DNA of 47,943 nucleotides from Candidatus Paceibacter sp. (lineage in GTDB: Bacteria > Patescibacteriota > Patescibacteriia > SG8-24 > DYFX01): positions 1-47,943 of the forward strand of contig DYFX01000001.1 of assembly GCA_020724945.1 (NCBI GenBank). The letters run 5' to 3'. The position numbers were made by a program, and so were the translations under genes. The notes under the pieces are model-generated. The model worked only from the letters and a program-made list of their open reading frames with translations. It made no database searches and was not told the DNA's origin. This document shows, piece after piece, positions 26,027 to 34,153 of the stretch (positions within the stretch are counted from its first letter, which is position 1; the number at the start of each line of letters is the position of its first letter).

Positions 26027-27019
26027 TCAGGCGTTCGGGCGGCGCCGCTTCCAGATTTTCCAGACGATCCAGGCGACGAGGCCGATCGGGAGCAGGAGGC
26101 CTCCCCAGACGATGACGACATAGATGAGTCCGGCGGCGAGATCCTGGGCGGCGGCGACCAGGGTCTGCACGGCGCCGCGGAAGATGGCGCCGAGGCGGAA
26201 CTCCTTGGTGGGCGCGCGGACCGTCGCCTCCTCCTCCAGCGAGACCGAGATGGTCGAGTATGATGTCGTGTTCTCGAGGTACTTCAGGCGGCCCTCATAC
26301 GACTCGATGACGGAGCGGATGGAACCGAGACGTTCCTGGACCTTGAGGATGTCCTCGATGGTGCGGGCCTGCTTCAGGATCTCGAGATAGACCTCCTCCT
26401 GCGCCCGGGCGTTGCGGAGCTGGGCCTGGAGGTCGGTGTACTGCTCGGTGACATCCTGTCCTGTGGCGGTCTCGTGCTTCACGAGTGTCGCGAGCCCCTT
26501 GATGGCGGACATCGCCTCCTCGAACTTCTCGACCGGCACGCGCACGCTGACCTCGCCGCCGTAGCTGCCGTCGCCGCGCTCGGTGACGGACGAGCTCTGG
26601 ACGAAGCCGCCGCGCTCGACGGCGATCTTGCCGATGTCGGCCGCCGCGTCGGCGACCTTCTCGACAAGCATGCGGAGATAGCCGTTCTTCACGATCTTCT
26701 GGTCGACCTCGGCGGCGGTCTGCCCGGCCGTCGGCTGCGGCGTCGGGAAATACATCATCGCCGCGCTGCGGCCGTCATAGTCCGCCGGAGGCATCGGGGC
26801 GACGCTGGGCGCCATCTTGCCGGGCATTCCGCCGCCGGACGCTTCGCCGTAGGCGTACGAATCCTCCGAAACGCCGATCGAGGACAGGCCGCGTTCCTGC
26901 GTGACGGCGTAGGGCATCACGCGGAACGACTGCCAGGCGACCGCGACGACGAGGGCGGCCACGAGGAGCGCCAGGGCCGTCTTCGGCTTCTGCTTGAAGT
27001 ATGCGACGAGGTTCGTCAT
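26027..27019 (-). CDS. DUF4349-like membrane-anchored protein
   Basis: It has an N-terminal TM helix, a central coiled coil (TDLQAQLRNARAQEEVYLEILKQA...RLKYLEN) and two C-terminal TM helices, which is the architecture I associate with DUF4349. Confidence 0.7.
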   Translation of the reverse strand: MTNLVAYFKQKPKTALALLVAALVVAVAWQSFRVMPYAVTQERGLSSIGVSEDSYAYGEASGGGMPGKMAPSVAPMPPADYDGRSAAMMYFPTPQPTAGQTAAEVDQKIVKNGYLRMLVEKVADAAADIGKIAVERGGFVQSSSVTERGDGSYGGEVSVRVPVEKFEEAMSAIKGLATLVKHETATGQDVTEQYTDLQAQLRNARAQEEVYLEILKQARTIEDILKVQERLGSIRSVIESYEGRLKYLENTTSYSTISVSLEEEATVRAPTKEFRLGAIFRGAVQTLVAAAQDLAAGLIYVVIVWGGLLLPIGLVAWIVWKIWKRRRPNA

Positions 27020-27047
27020 AGAACGATGGAGCTTAATTTCTAGGTCC

Positions 27048-27056
27048 ATTCTACCA
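27048..27056 (-). promoter_or_regulatory. Extended -10 box TGGTAGAAT
   Basis: The minus strand reads ATGGTAGAAT about 29 nt upstream of ATG 27019. Confidence 0.4.
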
Positions 27057-27087
27057 TAGTCCTACGGATGCCGCGCGTTTCGGTAAC

Positions 27088-27111
27088 GAAAATCCCGCGC
27101 AGGGGCGCGGG
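27088..27111 (-). terminator. Intrinsic terminator after the ParB/Srx-like gene
   Basis: The minus strand reads CCCGCGC-CCCT-GCGCGGG followed by ATTTTCG. Confidence 0.5.
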
Positions 27112-27116
27112 AGAGG

Positions 27117-27788
27117 CTAACCGTCGATGCCGACATGCTTGAGGTCGCGGAAGAGGTCCGGACGGAGGTTGAAGAACCGCTGGTCCTTGGGCGGCTTGGC
27201 GTCGACCGCCCGGATGGAGCTCCACTTGCGCAGGTCGCACGGGAAGGCCTCCCGCGGGTCGGTGATCTTGACGATCTCGAGCGTCGTGCCGGCGCCCTTG
27301 GTGTAGGAGAACCGGTGGATGCCGTCGAGCACGGCGTGGCGGTTGCCGATCTGCTCGACGATGGGCGGCAGATACTGGGCGATGGCCCGGTCCCCTGCCG
27401 CCGTCGTGCCGAAGATGAGCGCGGCGCCCTTCTTGGCGATGCCGTACGGCACATCGTGCCCTTCGAACATCGCCGTGAACAGCTCGTGCAGGTCGTTGAT
27501 CTTGCGGCGCTCGACGAAGGTCTGTCCGACCTTCGACATGCGCGGGTCCATGCGGTAGCGGTCGATGCGGCAGCCGGCGTACGGCTTCCGCGCCGGGTCG
27601 CCCTGCAGCGGGACGCTCTCCAGCAGGCGCACGAGGTAATCGAGGCGCATGTTCACGATGTGGCGCGCGTCGACGATCTGGCGGGGCGAGACGATGCGGT
27701 CGGCGCCGGACATCCGGGCGTACTCGCGCATGTCGAGGCCCGTGCGGCGGCCGAATTCGGACAGGTCGATCGGTTCGAACGAGGACAT
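27117..27788 (-). CDS. ParB/sulfiredoxin-fold protein (223 aa), possibly SbnI/SerK-like
   Basis: PPIVEQIGNRHAVLDGIHRFSYT resembles the DG(V/I)HR(Y/F) motif of ParB/Srx-fold proteins such as SbnI. I am sure of no other motifs. Confidence 0.45.
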   Translation of the reverse strand: MSSFEPIDLSEFGRRTGLDMREYARMSGADRIVSPRQIVDARHIVNMRLDYLVRLLESVPLQGDPARKPYAGCRIDRYRMDPRMSKVGQTFVERRKINDLHELFTAMFEGHDVPYGIAKKGAALIFGTTAAGDRAIAQYLPPIVEQIGNRHAVLDGIHRFSYTKGAGTTLEIVKITDPREAFPCDLRKWSSIRAVDAKPPKDQRFFNLRPDLFRDLKHVGIDG

Positions 27789-27884
27789 GGCAAAGACCTC
27801 CGGAGGCACACTCTACGCCGTGTCGCGGCCCCTGGCTTGTGGACAAACGGGACGACGGGCCGTATCCTCGTGCCAGGAGGCGCC

Positions 27885-28196
27885 ATGTCGAAGAAAGAAG
27901 CCCTGAAATGGTCCTTTGCGCTCGTCGTGGTGGTCGCGACCGTGGTCGCGTTCGATGCCCTGTACGGGCGGGGGCGCGGCACCGCGTTCGCCGATGAGGC
28001 TCGCACGACCGTCGAGATCAAGCTCGCGCCCGGACAGAAGCTCGTCGATGTCAGCTGGCACTGCTTCAGCGACTTCGCCTGCGCGCCGTTCGTGCTGACG
28101 CGAGCGATGCGCAAGGACGAGGCGTCCGAGACCTACGGGTTCTCCAGCCTGGATGCGGATATCCGCAGGTCCTATGTCATCAAGGAGTCGCGCTAG
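27885..28196 (+). CDS. Hypothetical membrane-anchored or secreted protein (103 aa)
   Basis: AGGAGG lies 4 nt upstream. The N-terminal hydrophobic helix is WSFALVVVVATVVAF. An upstream TGGACA-17-TATCCT is a promoter candidate. Confidence 0.5.
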   Translation: MSKKEALKWSFALVVVVATVVAFDALYGRGRGTAFADEARTTVEIKLAPGQKLVDVSWHCFSDFACAPFVLTRAMRKDEASETYGFSSLDADIRRSYVIKESR

Positions 28197-28230
28197 CGCC
28201 GCGGGCCGCCATGCGGTACCCTCGAACCAT

Positions 28231-28530
28231 ATGCGCTTCGAATCGCCCATGACGCAGGAATCCGCCGAACGCGCGCGCGTCGACGCGCTCGCCGACGCGG
28301 CCGCACGGCTCGCCCCTTCGCTCGACCTGAAGCGCGCGCCCGACGGCCATGTGCACAAGGCGCTCGACGAGGCCGGCATCCGGGACGCCGGCGAACGCAA
28401 GCGGCTGATCGGCAAGATCAAGGCCGAGCTGCATCGCCGCCGCCCCATCCCCCTCTCCGAACGCGTCGACCTCATCGAGGACGCGCGCATCCAGGAGCTC
28501 CGCCACCCCAAAGACGAAGACGAGGCCTAG
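28231..28530 (+). CDS. Hypothetical charged protein (99 aa)
   Basis: ATG 28231 lies 8 nt downstream of the TANNNT-like box TACCCT, in the context GGTACCCT-CGAACCAT-ATG. It is followed by a terminator. I recognise no family. Confidence 0.4.
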   Translation: MRFESPMTQESAERARVDALADAAARLAPSLDLKRAPDGHVHKALDEAGIRDAGERKRLIGKIKAELHRRRPIPLSERVDLIEDARIQELRHPKDEDEA

Positions 28531-28547
28531 GCCCCGTCTTTTTTTCG
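28518..28547 (+). terminator. Intrinsic terminator
   Basis: GACGAGGCC..GGCCCCGTC (one mismatch) followed by TTTTTTT, overlapping the TAG stop. Confidence 0.5.
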
Positions 28548-28556
28548 TCCGTGCGA

Positions 28557-29123
28557 TCAGGCGCCGATGGGATGTTCCTGGCGCAGCATCTTCCGAAGCG
28601 CGCGGTGCTCGGGAATCGTCCTCGCGACGAGCGCCCAGAAGCGCGGCGAATGGTCGAAGGCGAGCAGGTGGCAGAGTTCGTGCACGACGATGTAGTCGGC
28701 CAGGCGCGGCGGCAGGAGCGCGATGCGATAGTTGAACGAGAGGCGCCCGTCGCGCGAGCAGCTGCCCCAGCGGGATTTCTGGTCTCGCACGGAGACGGCC
28801 CTCACCTTCACGCTGTAGGCCGGCGCGTAGCGCGCGATGGCCGCGTAGGCGAGGCGCCTGGCGGCCTCCTTGTGGCGCAGGTAGTCGCCGCGCGCCTGCG
28901 CCCTGGTCGGTCGCGGCGCGATCCGGCGCATGATTTCGGAGGTGCGCGCGACCCAGTCGGCTTGCACGCGCATGAAGCGCAGGACGGACGCCCAGGACGC
29001 CCCGCGCGGCACGGTCACGAGCGTGCGGCCGCCGGGATGCACGCGGATGCTAAGGCGCCGCGCCCGCGGGTGCGTGCGGAGTTCCGCCTCGAAGGGCATC
29101 GCGTCGTCGATCGTCGTCCGCAT
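28557..29123 (-). CDS. YgjP-like M48/SprT-family zinc metallopeptidase (DUF45)
   Basis: HELCHL (HExxH) motif. The start ATG 29123 (MRTTIDD) lies exactly 8 nt downstream of the TGGTATACT box. Confidence 0.8.
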   Translation of the reverse strand: MRTTIDDAMPFEAELRTHPRARRLSIRVHPGGRTLVTVPRGASWASVLRFMRVQADWVARTSEIMRRIAPRPTRAQARGDYLRHKEAARRLAYAAIARYAPAYSVKVRAVSVRDQKSRWGSCSRDGRLSFNYRIALLPPRLADYIVVHELCHLLAFDHSPRFWALVARTIPEHRALRKMLRQEHPIGA

Positions 29124-29131
29124 ATGCGGGC

Positions 29132-29140
29132 AGTATACCA
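29132..29140 (-). promoter_or_regulatory. Extended -10 promoter box TGGTATACT
   Basis: The minus strand reads TTTTGGTATACT-GCCCGCAT-ATG, directly abutting the nrdA terminator. Confidence 0.45.
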
Positions 29141-29160
29141 AAACGCCCCTCGCGGGGCGC
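29140..29160 (-). terminator. Intrinsic terminator of nrdBA
   Basis: The minus strand reads CGCCCC-GCGA-GGGGCG followed by TTTT. Confidence 0.55.
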
Positions 29161-29168
29161 TCCGGAAC

Positions 29169-31079
29169 TCACTGGCAGACCGCGCACTCCTCGTTGGCGA
29201 AGTCGCGGGCTTGGACCTTGACCTGCGCGTTATCGATGGCGTCGGCCTCGATCGGCGCGGCCGAACGGAGGTAGTAGAGGCTCTTGGCGCCGGCTTTCCA
29301 GGCCAGGAAATGCGCGTCGTGCAGGTACTTGCCGCTGATGGGCGTCGGGAAGAAGAGGTTGATGGACTGCGATTGGCAGAGGTACGGCTGGCGGTCGGCC
29401 GCCTGCTGGACGATCTCGCGCATGTTCATCTCGTAGCCGGTGCGGAAGACGGCCTTCTCCTCGTCGGTCAGCTCCTCCATGTGCTGGACGGAGCCTTTGG
29501 CGGCGATGACCTTCTTCCAGGTCTCGGTGGTGTTGATGCCCTTCTTCTCGAAGAGCCTCTCCAGATGCCGGCTCTTCACCAGGAAACTGCCCGAGAGCGT
29601 CTTCTGGAGATAGGCGTTGCCGGTGATGGGCTCGACGCAGGGCGTGGCCTCGCCGCAGATGAAGCTGATGGACGCCGTCGGCGCGATCGAGAGGATGTAG
29701 CTGTTGCGCTGGTCGCCGCCATCGAGCGGAGCGCCGCGCTCTTCCTTCAGCGCGCGCGAAGCGGCCTTGGCGTGCTTGTGGATCAGGCTGAAGATCTTCT
29801 TGTTGATGCCGCGCGCCGCCACGCTCTCGAACGGCAGGTTCTTGGACATCAGGTAGCCGTGGTAGCCCATGACGCCGAGGCCGATGGAGCGCTCGTGCAG
29901 GACGGACTTGATCGACTTGGCGTAGTACTTCGGGTCGGCCGTCTCGACGAAGTTGTCGAGGACATTGTCGAGCGCGCGCACCGCGTCGGCGATGAGCGAT
30001 TCCGCATGCGGCTCCCACTCGTCGAAGCGCTCGAGGTTGAGCGACGACAGGCAGCAGACGGCGGTGCGGTCGTGCGTCGTCGGCAGGGTGATCTCCGAAC
30101 AGAGGTTGCTCTGCTGGATGAAGAGGCCTTTCTCCTTGTGATGCTCCGGCACGGCGCGATTGACCGTGTCGATGAAGAGCAGGTACGGCTCGCCCGTCTC
30201 GACGCGCGTCTTCAGGATCTTGCGCCAGATTTCCGTGGCGTCGAGCTCCTTCACCGCGACCTGGCGCTTGGGGTCGATGAGCTGGTAGGTGCGCTTCTCC
30301 TCGACCGCCTTCATGAACTCGTCGGTGATGACGAGGCCGTGGTTGGTGTTGAGGCAGCGGCGGTTCATGTCGCCCACCGGCTTCCGGATGTCGATGAATT
30401 CCTCGATGTCCGGATGGTCGACACGCAGATACGCCGCGCCGGCGCCGCGCCGCACGCCGCCCTGGGAGACGGCGATGATCGACGAGTCCATCACCTTGAT
30501 GAACGGGATGACGCCGGAAGAGGTGCCGCCCATCGAGAGCGGCGCGTTCTGGCCGCGGAGCTCCGACCAATTGGTGCCGATGCCGCCGCCGTTCTTGGAG
30601 ATGAAGGCGTTCTCGGTGTAGCCCTCGTAGATGCCCTCGATGCTGTCGGGAACGGTGTTCAGGAAGCACGAGATCGGCAGGCCGCGGTTGGTGTAGGTGT
30701 TGGTCAGGACCGGCGTGGCCGGCATGAACCAGTTCATCGACATCGCGTCGTAGAGCCGCTGGGCGTGCGCCGCGTCGCCGCGGGCCATGCCGCAGGCCAC
30801 GCGCGAGAAGAACATCTGCGGATCCTCGACGATCTGGCCGTTCGCGTCCTTCAGGAAGTAACGGTCGCGCAGGTTCTCCAGGCCGAAATAGGTCAGGAGG
30901 GCGTTGCGCTCCGGCCGCGTGACGATCTTGCGCTGGATGTCGGCGTCGCCGCGGTACTGCGGCGAATCCCAGCTGCCGCGCCCTTGCGTCTTGGCCAGCG
31001 TCGCTTCCAGAAGGATGTCGCGGGCGTCGGCGAGGTCGTTGTTGGACAGGGCGTCGATGACGGAAGCGTGGCGCGGCAT
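29169..31079 (-). CDS. nrdA: Class I ribonucleoside-diphosphate reductase alpha subunit (no recognisable ATP-cone)
   Basis: 636 aa with the active-site region QQSNLCSEITLP, GLGVMGYH and a C-terminal redox pair ECAVCQ. Confidence 0.95.
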   Translation of the reverse strand: MPRHASVIDALSNNDLADARDILLEATLAKTQGRGSWDSPQYRGDADIQRKIVTRPERNALLTYFGLENLRDRYFLKDANGQIVEDPQMFFSRVACGMARGDAAHAQRLYDAMSMNWFMPATPVLTNTYTNRGLPISCFLNTVPDSIEGIYEGYTENAFISKNGGGIGTNWSELRGQNAPLSMGGTSSGVIPFIKVMDSSIIAVSQGGVRRGAGAAYLRVDHPDIEEFIDIRKPVGDMNRRCLNTNHGLVITDEFMKAVEEKRTYQLIDPKRQVAVKELDATEIWRKILKTRVETGEPYLLFIDTVNRAVPEHHKEKGLFIQQSNLCSEITLPTTHDRTAVCCLSSLNLERFDEWEPHAESLIADAVRALDNVLDNFVETADPKYYAKSIKSVLHERSIGLGVMGYHGYLMSKNLPFESVAARGINKKIFSLIHKHAKAASRALKEERGAPLDGGDQRNSYILSIAPTASISFICGEATPCVEPITGNAYLQKTLSGSFLVKSRHLERLFEKKGINTTETWKKVIAAKGSVQHMEELTDEEKAVFRTGYEMNMREIVQQAADRQPYLCQSQSINLFFPTPISGKYLHDAHFLAWKAGAKSLYYLRSAAPIEADAIDNAQVKVQARDFANEECAVCQ

Positions 31080-31127
31080 AGGCTTGCTCTTAGGTGACGA
31101 TGAGTAAGCGGACGCGACGCGGATGCC

Positions 31128-32081
31128 TTAGGCCCAATCCTCGAGGATGGCGCCTTTGCCGTATTCCGTCGCGCGGTTTTCGAAGAAGTTGGTGTGCTCC
31201 TTGGCGTTGACCATCGTGTCGAGCCAGAGCAGCGGGTTGGCGGTGCGGTAGCGGGCTTCGAGCCCGATCTCCTGGAGCTTCTTGTCGGCGGTATAGCGGA
31301 TGTAGGCCTTCACCTGGTCGGCCGTGAGTCCCGGCACCTCGCCCATCGAGAAGCAGGTGTCGATGAAGCTGTCTTCCAGGCGCACCATCTCCTCGCAGGC
31401 GGCGTAGAGCCGTTCCTGGAACGCCGGCGTCCAGACCTGCTTGTTCTCGGCGATGAGGTCGCGGAAGAGATGGCAGACGCCTTTGGAGTGCAGGCTCTCG
31501 TCGCGGATGCTCCAGGTGACGATCTGCCCGACGCCCTTCAGCTTCCCCATGCGCGGGAAGTTCATCAGGATGGCGAAGCTGGAGAACAGGCTGACGCCTT
31601 CCATGAAGGCTCCGAAGACCGCGAGATTCAGGGCGATCTCCTCGACGGAATCGGTCTTGAAATCCTGGAGATACTGGTACTTGTTCCGCATCGCCTCGTA
31701 TTCGAGGAAGGCGGAATATTCGCGTTCCGGCAGGCCGAGGGAATCGTTCAGGTAGGAGTAGGCCCAGACATGGATGCTCTCCATGGCGGCGAAGGCCGAG
31801 AGCATCATCTTGATCTCCGGCTTCGGGAAGGCCGGGATGAGATGCGTGTTGTAGTTGTTGTTGACCTCGATGTCGCCTTGGGTGAAGAAGCGGAGGATCT
31901 GGACGATGAGGTTCTTCTCTTCGGGCGAGAGGCGGAAGCGGTAGTCGGCGATGTCGGCTTCCATCGGCACTTCCGTCGGCATCCAGTGCGCCTGGTTCTG
32001 TTTCTGGAAATATTCGAAGTAATGCTGGTACTCGAAGGGACGGTAGAATTTGCGCGGCGTGAGGATCCTGGAAGTGCTCAT
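31128..32081 (-). CDS. nrdB: Class I ribonucleotide reductase beta subunit
   Basis: 317 aa with metal ligands in QGDIEV, MESIH and RDESLH, and the radical Tyr at H+4 (ESIHVWAY). There is no SD before ATG 32081. Confidence 0.95.
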   Translation of the reverse strand: MSTSRILTPRKFYRPFEYQHYFEYFQKQNQAHWMPTEVPMEADIADYRFRLSPEEKNLIVQILRFFTQGDIEVNNNYNTHLIPAFPKPEIKMMLSAFAAMESIHVWAYSYLNDSLGLPEREYSAFLEYEAMRNKYQYLQDFKTDSVEEIALNLAVFGAFMEGVSLFSSFAILMNFPRMGKLKGVGQIVTWSIRDESLHSKGVCHLFRDLIAENKQVWTPAFQERLYAACEEMVRLEDSFIDTCFSMGEVPGLTADQVKAYIRYTADKKLQEIGLEARYRTANPLLWLDTMVNAKEHTNFFENRATEYGKGAILEDWA

Positions 32082-32149
32082 AGACGGTTGCGTTTCGTGC
32101 CCTGCCCTTGAAAAAGCCAGGGACCGCATTTCACAACATCTTGTGTCAT
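32078..32149 (-). CDS. Candidate leaderless 23-codon uORF coupled to nrdB
   Basis: MTQDVVKCGPWLFQGQGTKRNRL. The ATG lies 8 nt after TGGTATACT and the TGA overlaps the nrdB ATG as ATGA. Confidence 0.35.
   Translation of the reverse strand: MTQDVVKCGPWLFQGQGTKRNRL
32131..32146 (-). promoter_or_regulatory. NrdR-box-like palindrome 2
   Basis: The minus strand reads ACACAAGATGTTGTGA against the consensus acaCwAtATaTwGtgt. It is embedded in a larger inverted repeat, GGACCGCAT...ATGCGGTCC. Confidence 0.5.
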
Positions 32150-32157
32150 GCGGTCCT

Positions 32158-32166
32158 AGTATACCA
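32158..32166 (-). promoter_or_regulatory. Extended -10 promoter box TGGTATACT of nrdBA
   Basis: The minus strand reads GTGGTATACT-AGGACCGC-ATG, located between the two NrdR-like boxes. Confidence 0.5.
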
Positions 32167-32179
32167 CTAGCTGTTGTGT
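32164..32179 (-). promoter_or_regulatory. NrdR-box-like palindrome 1
   Basis: The minus strand reads ACACAACAGCTAGTGG. Its centre is 33 bp from the centre of box 2. Confidence 0.4.
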
Positions 32180-32329
32180 CCGTGCGCCCATTCCGTGTGG
32201 ATAACACCGGGCCTGCGCGCCATGCGGAAACCCCAGCTTAAATGTTCGTGGAAATGCGCGCTAGAGGATAACCCGCGGTCGGCCCGGGAGCCTTGCCTGG
32301 ACCCCGAAAACGCGGTAGGTTGGAGCGCT

Positions 32330-34099
32330 ATGCGCACCCTGCTCGAGCTGTCCGCCATCCGGAAGAGCTACGGCCGCGCCGTCATTCTCGACGGCGTTTC
32401 CTTGACCGTGGCGGAGGGCCAGAAGATCGCGCTCATCGGGCGCAACGGCGCCGGCAAGTCGACGCTGCTCAAGATCCTGCTCGGCCAGGAGGAGGCCGAT
32501 ACCGGGGAGGCGCGCCGCTTCCCCGTCCTGCGGCTCGGCGCCGTCGCGCAGCACGAGGCGATGCCCGAGGACGCGACCGCGATGGCCTATCTGACGCGCA
32601 AGAGCGGACGGCCCGAGTGGGCGTGCGCCAAGATGGCCGCCCAGTTCGGCCTGCGCCGCGGACATCTCGAGAAACCGGCCGCGTCGCTTTCCGGCGGCTT
32701 CCAGATGCGCCTCAAGCTCATCGCCATGCTGCTCGAGGACCCGAACCTGCTCGTGCTCGACGAGCCGGTCAACTATCTCGACCTGCCGACGCTCCTGCTC
32801 CTCCAGCGCTTCCTGAAGTCCTATAAAGGGGCGTTCCTCGTGACTTCCCACGACCGCGCCTTCCTCGACGCGGTCTGCGACCGCACCGCCGAGATCGAGC
32901 GCGGGCGCCTGGTCTTCCAGCCCGGCACGCCGAGCGCGTACCTGGAACGCAAGGCCCAGGCGCGCGCCTTCACGCTCAAGACCAACAAGAAGATCTCCCG
33001 CGAGCGCGAGCACATCCAGGCGTTCGTCGACCGCTTCCGCTACAAGGCCTCGAAGGCCAAGCAGGTGCAGTCGAAGCTCAAGCAGATCTCGAAGATGATC
33101 GATATCGACATCGAGAGCCTCCTGCCGACGGCCGCCATCCGTATCCCGATGCCGCATGTGCCGCCCGGCGTGGCCGCCCGCGTCGAGGGGCTTTCCGCGG
33201 GCTACGGCGGCCGCGCGGTGCTCTCGGGCGTCGCCTTCGATCTCCTGCGCGGCGATCATGTGGCGATCCTGGGCGGCAACGGCATGGGCAAATCGACGCT
33301 CCTCAAGACGCTCGCGGGCGTCCTGCCTCCGATCGAAGGCCGGTGCAAGTGGTGGCACAAGGCCGACATCGGTTATTACGCCCAGCATGTCGAGCAGGCG
33401 CTGAAGCCGGAAGATACCGTGATGAAGCACCTGCTGCGTTCGGCCGCGCCGGACACGCCGAACGAGGCCGTCCTCAAGATGGCCGGCGACTTCCTGTTCA
33501 AGGACGACGATCTCGAGAAGCTCACCGGCGTGCTCTCCGGGGGCGAGCGCGCTCGTCTCTGTCTGGCCGGGCTCCTGCTCGCGCGGCACAATGTCCTGCT
33601 GCTCGACGAGCCGACCAACCATCTCGATGCGGAAACCTCCGAGTCCCTCGCCGACGCGCTCTCCGAATGGCCGGGCACGGTCGTCTTCGTGAGCCACAGC
33701 CAGGCGTTCATCCGCCGCGTGGCGCGGCGGATCTTCGAGATCCGGGACGGACGCGCGCGGCAGTATCCGGGCGAATACGGCGACTACCTGAAAGACCTCG
33801 CCGACGCCATGGACGAGGATGTCGCGCTGGCCGAGGAGGACGCGCCCGCGACGGACGACGACGCCGATGCGCGACGCGAGGCGCATCTCGCCGCCAAGGA
33901 ACGCCGCCGGCGCCAGCAGAAGCTTGAGGAGCGCATCAAGGCGCTCGACAAGGAGCGCGGCGAGATCCTGAAGTTCTACTTCGAGAATCCTACGGACTAC
34001 GCCCCCGACAAGCGCACGCGCCTCACGGAGCTCGACGAGCAGCTCGCGGCGTACGAGAAGGAGTGGTTCCGCCTGCAGGAAGAGATCGACGGGAAATGA
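32330..34099 (+). CDS. ABC-F family ATPase (two ABC domains, no TM domain)
   Basis: Walker A GRNGAGKST and GGNGMGKST, two LSGG signatures and a C-terminal coiled coil. The start is ATG 32330 (MRTLLELSAIRKSYG) with GGAG upstream. Confidence 0.9.
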   Translation: MRTLLELSAIRKSYGRAVILDGVSLTVAEGQKIALIGRNGAGKSTLLKILLGQEEADTGEARRFPVLRLGAVAQHEAMPEDATAMAYLTRKSGRPEWACAKMAAQFGLRRGHLEKPAASLSGGFQMRLKLIAMLLEDPNLLVLDEPVNYLDLPTLLLLQRFLKSYKGAFLVTSHDRAFLDAVCDRTAEIERGRLVFQPGTPSAYLERKAQARAFTLKTNKKISREREHIQAFVDRFRYKASKAKQVQSKLKQISKMIDIDIESLLPTAAIRIPMPHVPPGVAARVEGLSAGYGGRAVLSGVAFDLLRGDHVAILGGNGMGKSTLLKTLAGVLPPIEGRCKWWHKADIGYYAQHVEQALKPEDTVMKHLLRSAAPDTPNEAVLKMAGDFLFKDDDLEKLTGVLSGGERARLCLAGLLLARHNVLLLDEPTNHLDAETSESLADALSEWPGTVVFVSHSQAFIRRVARRIFEIRDGRARQYPGEYGDYLKDLADAMDEDVALAEEDAPATDDDADARREAHLAAKERRRRQQKLEERIKALDKERGEILKFYFENPTDYAPDKRTRLTELDEQLAAYEKEWFRLQEEIDGK

Positions 34100-34119
34100 G
34101 AGGCATCCGCCTCTGAACG

Positions 34120-34146
34120 AAAGCGCCCCTTCCAGGGCGCCTTTTT
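34120..34146. terminator. Bidirectional terminator between convergent genes
   Basis: GAAA-GCGCCC-CTTCCA-GGGCGC-CTTTTT. Confidence 0.5.
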
Positions 34147-34153
34147 CGTCGCT

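Noticed and set aside
28551-31097. 848-aa plus-strand ORF, with similar long ORFs at 14253..16058 (+), 38434..41313 (+), 41674..43629 (+), 32261..33886 (-), 34170..35477 (-), 42074..43474 (-), 44986..46173 (-) and 46058..47515 (-).
   Set aside because: All are antisense to, or frame-shifted over, genes with clear family motifs (nrdA, thiI, LOX/GSDH, recQ, ABC-F and others). They are Arg/Pro/Gly/Ala-rich, which marks them as shadow ORFs.
32222-32329. In-frame upstream ATG (MRKPQLKCSWKC...) as an alternative ABC-F start, or as a leader peptide for ribosome-dependent attenuation as in ARE ABC-F genes.
   Set aside because: The ABC-F family N-terminus matches MRTLLELSAIRKSYG at 32330, which has a GGAG upstream. 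The upstream segment is in frame without a stop, so it is not a separate leader ORF. I saw no clear terminator/antiterminator pair.
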